IMG/VR virus record: IMGVR_UViG_3300037471_000902
Span: 1-64,000 of that record
From: a virus
DNA: 64,000 nucleotides
Direction: 5' to 3' (one strand)
Shown here: positions 17,816 to 25,367 of the stretch, piece by piece
Layout: every line of letters starts with the position of its first letter
Numbering within the stretch: position 1 is the first letter of the stretch
Notes under the pieces: generated by a model
What the model saw: only the letters and a program-made list of their open reading frames with translations
What the model was told of the DNA's origin: nothing
Databases searched by the model: none
Position numbers and translations under genes: made by a program

Positions 17816-18475
17816 ATGAATTGGTTTCGTCAGAACATCTATGATTGGAAGGATGATTCCAATCAATCAGCGAACGTTGCTCCAGCACCGGCCGTAAATC
17901 CTGCACCAGCAGTGCAAGCACCTCCAGTTCAGACGCCAGTATCTACCCTCGATGAGGGTATGATTGCTGATGTCAAGAGGATCGTGCAACGACGGTCTGG
18001 CAGTCCATTCAACGCGCTCGAGGAAAATGCCGCGACCTTAGTCAGCGTCATTTCTGATGAGGTTACTCGCACCAAGGCTGCTTTTGCAATGCTGCAGAAG
18101 AACGGAATTGCGGCTTCATCAATTATCTCCCACATCGATTTGCACATTCGAGACATCGAAAGTGAGAAGGCTGTCTTCAAAACTACCGCGCAGCAAGCTG
18201 TAGCGAAGAAGGCGGGCACTCTTCGAACTGAAGCAAGTGCCATGCTTGATGCCAACAAGGCAGACGAAATTCAAATCAAGCAGTTGGAAGAGCAAATTCT
18301 CTCTATGCGAACCAAAATTCAAGAGCGAGCTGGACAGGCTGCACAGAAAGTGCACGAGGCAGAAGAAGCTGAAGCTGACATTCAGTCCAAGGTCATTCGC
18401 TTCCAAACTGCTGCTGATTCCGTCATCACAACTCTCAACAACAAGAAGGCATCTCTGTCTTCGACGCTCGCTTAA
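17816..18475 (+). CDS. Coiled-coil protein with Pro/Ala linker
   Basis: Heptad-rich C-terminal half; start uncertain (17771 GTG or 17816 ATG). Confidence 0.65.
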   Translation: MNWFRQNIYDWKDDSNQSANVAPAPAVNPAPAVQAPPVQTPVSTLDEGMIADVKRIVQRRSGSPFNALEENAATLVSVISDEVTRTKAAFAMLQKNGIAASSIISHIDLHIRDIESEKAVFKTTAQQAVAKKAGTLRTEASAMLDANKADEIQIKQLEEQILSMRTKIQERAGQAAQKVHEAEEAEADIQSKVIRFQTAADSVITTLNNKKASLSSTLA

Positions 18476-18487
18476 GGAGAGCTTCAA

Positions 18488-19501
18488 ATGAATGATCAAC
18501 AAACACTTCGCTCCTTCTGGGATCGTAAGGAAGGAAGTTGGGGATACGCGGTCATCGGGCTGTTCATAATTGGCGGCCTGGCACTCCTCAAAATCTTTCT
18601 GCCTGTCCTTGTCGATATCTTCACGCTAGGCGTTACAGCGCTGGGCAAACTGTGGATGCTGACATTCCTCGCCACAGGCTTGGGAGCATTTTTGTGGGTG
18701 CTCTTCTGCACTAAACTGCCTCGCCTCGTTGGTTATTGGTTCAAAGCGAGCGTGCGCAGATTGGCAGGTACCTTCACTTCGATCTACCCCATCGAAATCA
18801 TGGAGGAATTCATTGCCAAGATGAAGGTGAAGAAGCAAGAGTTCAGTGAAAAGAAGACTGAAATTCGCAAACAACAGCGGGTGCTTGAAGAAACCATCAA
18901 GCAGAATGACCATGAGCGAAGAGATGCACTGGCTAGGGTTGACGCTGCTGCAAAACGCGGCATGGAGATGGAGGTCACTCTTGCTGCTCGCCAAGCTGGT
19001 CGATTGGAAGAATTGAACAGCCGCCACACCGCTTCACTAGGCCAAGTTACTCTGCTTGGTGAACGCCTTCAACGTGTCGAACAAGTCTGTGACTTCAAAA
19101 TTCGTGACATGGAAAATCAGAAGAAGGCGCTGAAGCAAGAATTTGAAATCTCGAAGAAGACAAAGGGTGCCATCTCTGCAGCCAAGGCAATTCTTTCAGG
19201 CACTGATCCTGACCAGGAACTCTATGACAGGGCAGTTGAGTTCGTGATCGAAGACAGCCGTGCGACCATGGGTCTCGTTGATGACTTCATGAGCAGCACT
19301 GAAAGCATCCTAAATGGTGTTGATCTACAGAATGGCATGTGGGAAGAAAAAGCGCTCGCCCAAATCGCCGAACTGGAACAGAAGGAGAAGATGCTTATTG
19401 GCCGCAGTCCGCAGATGCAACAATTGACGCCAAGGACGGTGGATGCACCAGTCTTGCACGTTCTCCCGTCATCTGACTACAGCAGCAAATATTTCGGCTA
19501 A
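18488..19501 (+). CDS. Membrane protein (2 TM) with PspA/IM30-like coiled coil
   Basis: Two hydrophobic N-terminal segments, then a long charged helical region; AAGGAG SD. Confidence 0.55.
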   Translation: MNDQQTLRSFWDRKEGSWGYAVIGLFIIGGLALLKIFLPVLVDIFTLGVTALGKLWMLTFLATGLGAFLWVLFCTKLPRLVGYWFKASVRRLAGTFTSIYPIEIMEEFIAKMKVKKQEFSEKKTEIRKQQRVLEETIKQNDHERRDALARVDAAAKRGMEMEVTLAARQAGRLEELNSRHTASLGQVTLLGERLQRVEQVCDFKIRDMENQKKALKQEFEISKKTKGAISAAKAILSGTDPDQELYDRAVEFVIEDSRATMGLVDDFMSSTESILNGVDLQNGMWEEKALAQIAELEQKEKMLIGRSPQMQQLTPRTVDAPVLHVLPSSDYSSKYFG

Positions 19502-19505
19502 ATTA

Positions 19506-19525
19506 GATGGAGCTTAAGCTCCATC
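19506..19525. other. Perfect 20-bp palindrome GATGGAGCTTAAGCTCCATC
   Basis: Direct read; intergenic, no U-tract. Confidence 0.7.
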
Positions 19526-19544
19526 CATCCAAAGAATACTAAAA

Positions 19545-19994
19545 ATGAAGAGCTCAAAAATCATCACGTTGGTGATGCTGGGCACGATCGTTTCGGCATG
19601 TGGTAGTGATGATCGTGTTGAATACCACCAAAACCAATACAGGAGTCAGGCAGACTGTCAAAAAGATTGGGGCAAGGACGCTAAGGATTGTGCTCCTAAA
19701 TCAGGGGGTGGCGGATACGTAGGTCCCCGCTACATCTGGTCTGGCGGAACCCCTGTTGCAGTTTATCCTGACAACACGTCTAAGCTGCATACTGACTCTT
19801 ATCTTGCTCGTGGAACCCAAACTACAGCAATTGGCGCGGTTCGTTCAGTTGGATTAGTCCCTTCGTCTGCGCACAGTCTTCCTGGCGTAAGCGCTGCTAG
19901 ATCTAGTTTCGCTGCCCGAGCTGGATCTGGATTTGCGTCTGCTCGTGGTGGATTCGGTTCTTCTGCTAGTGCCCATGCATCTGGAGGCTCTTGA
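19545..19994 (+). CDS. DUF1190 (YgiB/YjfM-like) lipoprotein
   Basis: Lipobox IVSAC, Y.S..DC, C-terminal RGGFG plus Ser/Gly/Ala tail; adjacent to a GspS-like gene. Confidence 0.7.
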   Translation: MKSSKIITLVMLGTIVSACGSDDRVEYHQNQYRSQADCQKDWGKDAKDCAPKSGGGGYVGPRYIWSGGTPVAVYPDNTSKLHTDSYLARGTQTTAIGAVRSVGLVPSSAHSLPGVSAARSSFAARAGSGFASARGGFGSSASAHASGGS

Positions 19995-21118
19995 TGTTGC
20001 GTGTTAAATCTATCCCACGAGTTGATAGGAAAGAGAAGCTAGAAGAGATCGGTTTCTCATATCACGACTGGGATAACTGGTGGATTGAGGATGCTTCATA
20101 CGCCTTCCGTCTTGAGCAAATCGAAGAGATTGAAACCGCAACAAATGACTTGCATGAAATGTGCATGCAAGTCGTCGAGAAGGTTGTTGGCAATGACTAT
20201 TTTCTCAAGAAGCTGAACATTCCTGAGAAGTTTTGGGATGCCGTTGCCAATTCATACAAGCACGGCGACTTCTCCCTATACGGGAGATTTGACCTAGTGT
20301 ATGACGGCTTCAACCCGCCCAAGATGCTGGAGTACAACGCTGACACACCAACATCGCTGCTTGAGGCCGCAGTAGCTCAGTGGTATTGGTTGAAGGACGT
20401 GCACCCCACGTATGACCAGTTTAACAGCATTCATGAGCGACTTGTTCAAGAATGGGAACGGTTGGGTTCACGGTCAATGATCCACTTTGCTTCTCTAAAC
20501 GACGTAGAGGAGGATTGGGTCTGCACGTACTATCTCATGGAGACTGCGATCCAGGCTGGATATGATGTGAAGCACGTCTATCTTGAAGATATCGCGAAGA
20601 CTGCCGATGGGCAGCTTCTTGATCAAGATAACTGCTACATTGATACGGTGTTCAAGCTGTATCCATGGGAATGGATGATGCGCGAAGATTTTCAAACCAC
20701 CATCTTGACGTCGCATACAAAATTCATTGAGCCACTATGGAAATCTGTCCTTTCCAATAAGGGCATTCTTCCCATTCTGTGGGACATGTTCCCAAATCAC
20801 CCCAATCTTCTGCCAGCCTACTTCACTCCCAATCATGGCATGCAGAATTTTGTGAAGAAGCCGCTCTTCTCTCGTGAAGGGGCCAACATTGAAGTGTATA
20901 GAAATGGCATCTTGACAAACTCGGGCGCTGATCAAGACTATGGCGGTGAGGGCCACATCTACCAACAGCTCGTCGAAATTCCAAAAATGGATGATCGCTA
21001 TCCGCTGATTGGCTCTTGGGTCATTGGTGGCGCAGCTGGAGGAATGGGTATCCGAGAATCGAAAAGCCTTATCACTGACAACATGGGTCACTTTGTTCCT
21101 CATTATTTCATTGAGTAA
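19994..21118 (+). CDS. Glutathionylspermidine synthase-like ATP-grasp ligase (YgiC/YjfC family)
   Basis: LYGRFDL, LEYNADTPTSLLEAA, FKLYPWEWM, LSNKGIL, KKPLFSREGAN, IGSW, GIRE, FVPH. Confidence 0.9.
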   Translation: MLRVKSIPRVDRKEKLEEIGFSYHDWDNWWIEDASYAFRLEQIEEIETATNDLHEMCMQVVEKVVGNDYFLKKLNIPEKFWDAVANSYKHGDFSLYGRFDLVYDGFNPPKMLEYNADTPTSLLEAAVAQWYWLKDVHPTYDQFNSIHERLVQEWERLGSRSMIHFASLNDVEEDWVCTYYLMETAIQAGYDVKHVYLEDIAKTADGQLLDQDNCYIDTVFKLYPWEWMMREDFQTTILTSHTKFIEPLWKSVLSNKGILPILWDMFPNHPNLLPAYFTPNHGMQNFVKKPLFSREGANIEVYRNGILTNSGADQDYGGEGHIYQQLVEIPKMDDRYPLIGSWVIGGAAGGMGIRESKSLITDNMGHFVPHYFIE

Positions 21119-21131
21119 CGGCTTGTTGAGA

Positions 21132-21161
21132 GTTTTTATGCTACACGATTCTGTATACAAT
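21132..21161 (+). promoter_or_regulatory. Early promoter GTTTT-N19-TACAAT
   Basis: Consensus match. Confidence 0.7.
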
Positions 21162-21197
21162 CAACTCAACAATTTGATGCAACAAGGAGCCTAACAA

Positions 21198-21479
21198 ATG
21201 GCACTCAAACCCACTGGTGTAAAGATCCTGATCGTGATGGTTACTGCTGCAGCAGGAGCAGCAATTTGGTTCTCTGGTTTGCTGGATGTGAAGAAACAGG
21301 AAGTTGTTTCCACTCCCGCTATTGCTGAAGAAATTCCGATGGCAAAGCCAGCTCCGGCTGAATCACCTCGCCAGGAAACCCAACCGACACCTGCTCCTGT
21401 TCCCGAGCCTGCAGCTAATGCTCCGACCTCTCCTTCCAATGATGCGTTTGACGCGCTGATTAATAAAGGCAAGAAATGA
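21198..21479 (+). CDS. Single-TM protein with Pro-rich tail
   Basis: N-terminal hydrophobic helix, PAPA/PTPAP tract; AAGGAG SD. Confidence 0.65.
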   Translation: MALKPTGVKILIVMVTAAAGAAIWFSGLLDVKKQEVVSTPAIAEEIPMAKPAPAESPRQETQPTPAPVPEPAANAPTSPSNDAFDALINKGKK

Positions 21480-22378
21480 AAAAGTCCCTCATTATCATTG
21501 CTGCGCTTGTCGCAGGGATCGCCCATGCCACGCAGGTCGGCATCGCGTCCGGAAATCCAAGTGGCACCAATTATGCGATGACGCAAGACATCGTGAAGAC
21601 GTGTTCCACGCCCACATCGCCGATCAAGAACGTCTCGTCTGGCGGGTCGATCGAAAATCTGTTCCGTGTTCACAGCGACTCGAGCGTGCAATACGGCATC
21701 ACGCAAGCTGACGCTGCTGCCTATCAACAGATTGTTGACCCTGCCATGATGAGCAAGGTGCTCATGGTGTTCCCCTTCTTCAGCACCGAGTTCCACATCA
21801 TCACCAAAGATGGTTCGAACATCAACAATCTGTCCGATCTGTCCGGTCGCAATGTGATCGAGGGCGCGGAAAGTTCTGGCAATTGGGTCACCGCCCAAAT
21901 GATTCAGCGTCTTACTGGAATCAAGTGGCACGCTGTGCATGGTGATCTCAATCAACAACAGGGATTCGACGCGGTGAAGGCTGGCAAAGCTGATGCGCAA
22001 ATCGTTGTTGCTGGCCGTCCAATCGACATGTTGAAGGGTGCGACAGGAATCAAACTCGTCAATGTCAGCCATCCTAAACTGGATGCGTACAAGCTCTACA
22101 CATCGACGATGATTTTTCCGGACAAGGACTATCCCTTCCTCAAGTCCCCGGTGAAAACATACAAGGTTGACAACCTCCTTGTCACCTATGCTTTCAAGAA
22201 TCAGTACCAGAAGGAAATCGGCGAACTCGTTGGCTGCATCACGCGCAACGTGGAGAAGCTGCAGACTACTGGGCACCCCAAGTGGCGCGATGTTGACCCG
22301 CTCGCAGTCGAGCGTATCGACTGGCCTGTGCATCCGGCCGCACTCACTGCGATTAAGCGCGAAAACAAGAAGAAGTAA
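21476..22378 (+). CDS. TAXI-family TRAP solute-binding protein
   Basis: Signal peptide, IASG..SGTNY, SGGSIENL, GITQAD, E.HII, G..SSG. Confidence 0.8.
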   Translation: MKKSLIIIAALVAGIAHATQVGIASGNPSGTNYAMTQDIVKTCSTPTSPIKNVSSGGSIENLFRVHSDSSVQYGITQADAAAYQQIVDPAMMSKVLMVFPFFSTEFHIITKDGSNINNLSDLSGRNVIEGAESSGNWVTAQMIQRLTGIKWHAVHGDLNQQQGFDAVKAGKADAQIVVAGRPIDMLKGATGIKLVNVSHPKLDAYKLYTSTMIFPDKDYPFLKSPVKTYKVDNLLVTYAFKNQYQKEIGELVGCITRNVEKLQTTGHPKWRDVDPLAVERIDWPVHPAALTAIKRENKKK

Positions 22379-22400
22379 AAGCAGCAGTTAAGAGCAAGTG

Positions 22401-22430
22401 GTGAGAGAGGGAGCAAAAGACTCCCCTCAC
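22401..22430 (+). terminator. Hairpin after the TAXI gene (GTGAG..GGGAG/CTCCC.CTCAC)
   Basis: Imperfect inverted repeat; no U-tract. Confidence 0.35.
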
Positions 22431-22448
22431 AAGGGATGGAAAAGGTGC

Positions 22449-23303
22449 ATGATCGACTACTGGATCGTTCAATCAACTAATCTTCGTCGTTCAGATGAAG
22501 ATGTCCGGCGTTTGCTTGATGGACTAGATAGTGTTGGAATCAAATGGACAGATTTCGGCATACTTCCCAACAAGAACGTCATTGCAGGTGCAGACAAATT
22601 CCCACGCGGCAAGATGTTTTTGAGTGGGAGCACCAAGGCGCTGCGCATTGTTACCAATGCAAAGCTATCTCCACAGGAGATATTCCCAGAAGTTGGGGAG
22701 CATGAAGCCAACAAAATCAAGGAGAATGTCCAGGTCTTCTACGATGCTGATGGCTTTGACCAGTCTTTCTACATGCTCAATAGTGGTCTCCGGCCGCACC
22801 TGTTGAATGGAGATGCAACGATTGCCGATGTAAGGACCGGACTTGGATGGTGGAGCAAGGATCCAATCTTCATAAAACCAGGCAGTGATTTGAAACTGTT
22901 TGCTGGTGTGGTGATTGAACCTTACACTACGCTTCGTGAGGAACTCGACAAGACCGGCTGGGATGGTGCCATCAGTGAATATGACAGGATCATCATTGCG
23001 CCCATCAAGAAGATCCTCTATGAGTGGCGACTGTTCGTCGTGAATGGAATGGTCGTTGCTAGTTCACAATACAAGCGGCATGGTAAGATTGAGCATGACG
23101 TACGTGTTCCAGGTTATGTCATTCGCGAAGCTGAATCTTTTCTAATCCCTCTGTATAAGCCTGATCCCGTTGCATTCGTGATGGATGTCTGCCTGACAGA
23201 TGATGGTGACATCAAAATTGTTGAATACAATTGCATCAACTGCTCTGGATTCTACCAGGCCGATGTGGCGGAACTTGCCTACGCATTGAAGACTGCATTC
23301 TGA
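22449..23303 (+). CDS. ATP-grasp protein (R2K/DUF4343-like)
   Basis: FIKP..DLKLFAG, EWRLFVVNG, FVMDV, IVEYNCINCSGFY. Confidence 0.75.
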   Translation: MIDYWIVQSTNLRRSDEDVRRLLDGLDSVGIKWTDFGILPNKNVIAGADKFPRGKMFLSGSTKALRIVTNAKLSPQEIFPEVGEHEANKIKENVQVFYDADGFDQSFYMLNSGLRPHLLNGDATIADVRTGLGWWSKDPIFIKPGSDLKLFAGVVIEPYTTLREELDKTGWDGAISEYDRIIIAPIKKILYEWRLFVVNGMVVASSQYKRHGKIEHDVRVPGYVIREAESFLIPLYKPDPVAFVMDVCLTDDGDIKIVEYNCINCSGFYQADVAELAYALKTAF

Positions 23304-23497
23304 TGACATCCGAGTCAATTCCTGCCGTTCTCGTTCCGCCTAAACCATACAGCGGTATCTCAATGGAGCGCGCCCTAAAGCAGATCAAGGAACTGCTGGA
23401 GCAATCCTGGAGCGAAGTGATGACGCATGAGGACGCAGACAAACTTCAGGCCAGCATAGACGATGTCGATGTCATGCTGATGTGCATTAAAAGATAA
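23303..23497 (+). CDS. Hypothetical protein
   Basis: TGATG-coupled ORF. Confidence 0.5.
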   Translation: MTSESIPAVLVPPKPYSGISMERALKQIKELLEQSWSEVMTHEDADKLQASIDDVDVMLMCIKR

Positions 23498-23526
23498 TAA
23501 AGCCATGTCCTGAGAACTGCCCGGAT

Positions 23527-23597
23527 TCTCCTATAAATACGTGGTCAAAACCACGGGGTTTACAAAACGTGAGCACGTTATCCCCACATATAGGAGA
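23527..23597 (+). promoter_or_regulatory. Late promoter TATAAATA (23532-23539) and structured leader
   Basis: Exact T4 late consensus; TCTCCTATA/TATAGGAGA stem encloses two inner hairpins. Confidence 0.7.
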
Positions 23598-23602
23598 CTA
23601 TC

Positions 23603-24040
23603 ATGGCAGTAGCCGAGACCATTGAGCTGCGGGAAACACGCCTCCCGCACATTTTCCACTGTGACATCGACGACAGTGGTCTTCTTCGCGAGATTTTCCT
23701 TGTTAAGAAGAATAAGGACGGTTCGATTTTCTATATCGACATTGATCCTCTGCACCAGATCGACAAGGCCCGCCTGAAGAAAATCGTTACCTCACAACAC
23801 GCGAAGCTGTACGAAGGCTGGGAACTTCTGTCCCAACACAAGCTTAGCAATGGTATGAACGCGCTCGATTTCTTCCACGTGAATAACGTCCGTGTTAAGC
23901 GTCCAAAGGGTGCCCGCGCTGCTTCTGGTGGCTTGGAAACCATTGACAGCAATGTGCGCGATGAAATGATCGGAAATGACTTTGTCAACCCAGCTGAAGC
24001 GCAGCTTGATCCCACTACCAAGCGGTTTGACGTGCTTTAA
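23603..24040 (+). CDS. Hypothetical late protein
   Basis: AGGAG SD, own promoter and terminator. Confidence 0.75.
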   Translation: MAVAETIELRETRLPHIFHCDIDDSGLLREIFLVKKNKDGSIFYIDIDPLHQIDKARLKKIVTSQHAKLYEGWELLSQHKLSNGMNALDFFHVNNVRVKRPKGARAASGGLETIDSNVRDEMIGNDFVNPAEAQLDPTTKRFDVL

Positions 24041-24057
24041 GCAGGTGAAACACTTTG

Positions 24058-24083
24058 AAAAGAGCCCCAAAAGGGCTCTTTTT
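24058..24083 (+). terminator. Rho-independent terminator
   Basis: AAAAGAGCCC-CAAAA-GGGCTCTTTTT. Confidence 0.85.
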
Positions 24084-24123
24084 CGTTTCTGGAGGAGAAT
24101 TTTAAATTCTTCAGAAAATGTGA

Positions 24124-24153
24124 GTTTTATGATTCGTATTAAAAAGTTATAAT
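24124..24153 (+). promoter_or_regulatory. Early promoter GTTTT-N19-TATAAT
   Basis: Consensus match. Confidence 0.75.
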
Positions 24154-24188
24154 GATGTATATCAAAGAGTAATTTAAGGAAATTGCTC

Positions 24189-25367
24189 GTGCACAAGGAT
24201 GTTGAAAAGAGTATGATGCAAAAAGCACGAGAGCTTGCCGTCGCTCTGCTCGAGAGAATCAGCACCGACGCAGTGTCGCGAGAAGAAATAACCCGTAAAT
24301 TAACGGCTGAAGTTTCCGCAGTTTCTGTCCACACGCTGCTCAAAGGCGTAGCAAGTGACGTTTATATTAAAAAGAATCCTATCATCTTTGATAGGGTCAA
24401 GCTTCTGAAGCATCTCACTGGAGAGACACTCGGATTTACTGCAGCTCCTGTAGCAAAGGCAAGTGATCACATCCACCTGATCACTGACGATGAGGCCCCC
24501 ATGGAGGCGCTCATGTTAGACGCTACGCAGGATCCTTCTTTGGACAAGTTCGTACCGACACGCTCATACAGATTAGTAGAGCGGCGGATGAACCCCAAGT
24601 ACCCCATCAATCTCTTCATCTTTGGAGAGACTGGCGTCGGAAAATCGACGGCTCCTCTCCACATCGGTCGCAAGCAGCATCGCCCAGTCATTCGCGTCAA
24701 CCTCTCTCGTTATACAGATATTGACGATATCTTCGGTGGATTCCGAATCGTCGATGGAAATATGCATTTCGAGAAGGGGCCTGCGCTGGAGGCATTCGAG
24801 CGCGGCGCGATACTTTTGATGGATGAGGTCGATTCTGCTGACCCACAGCTTCTCACCGACTTGCACCCCATTCTGGAGGCACGGCCATACTTGATCAAAA
24901 AGATCAAGAAGTTGGCGAGGCCGCGCAAGGGTTTTATGGTCATCGCAACGGCCAACACAAAAGGCAGAGGCGACTTAAGCGGGCGATACATTGGTACTGG
25001 GCCCCTTAACAGGGCATTTTTGGATCGATTCGCAACATCGATCCACTACGAGCAGCCCACACCCGCTGAACTTCTTGACATTCTGATGTCGGAAGTTCCT
25101 GACACTCCTGAGACCATTCTAGATACGCTGTGCAGATGGTATGAGGAGATTTGCAATGCAGTTGCAAATTCGGCTGTTGGTGAAGGCCTAAGTCCTCGCA
25201 AGATGATCAACATCGCCACCCTCATGGTCGCAGATGGAGTCACCGAACCCAAATCAGCTGCAGCGAAGCAAGTCATAGCTGACGCAACCAATTTGATGGA
25301 TGACCACGTCTCGCAAGCTCTTATAGAGCTTTGGGATTTAATCATTCGCCCACGTCGAAATGTCTGA
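24189..25367 (+). CDS. MoxR/CbbQ/CobS-type AAA+ ATPase
   Basis: GETGVGKS, LLMDEVD, IATANTKG, LNRAFLDRF; start uncertain. Confidence 0.85.
   Translation: MHKDVEKSMMQKARELAVALLERISTDAVSREEITRKLTAEVSAVSVHTLLKGVASDVYIKKNPIIFDRVKLLKHLTGETLGFTAAPVAKASDHIHLITDDEAPMEALMLDATQDPSLDKFVPTRSYRLVERRMNPKYPINLFIFGETGVGKSTAPLHIGRKQHRPVIRVNLSRYTDIDDIFGGFRIVDGNMHFEKGPALEAFERGAILLMDEVDSADPQLLTDLHPILEARPYLIKKIKKLARPRKGFMVIATANTKGRGDLSGRYIGTGPLNRAFLDRFATSIHYEQPTPAELLDILMSEVPDTPETILDTLCRWYEEICNAVANSAVGEGLSPRKMINIATLMVADGVTEPKSAAAKQVIADATNLMDDHVSQALIELWDLIIRPRRNV

Noticed and set aside
21191-22333. 380-aa antisense ORF
   Set aside because: Shadow of the TAXI gene and its upstream gene; no motifs; explained by codon bias on the + strand
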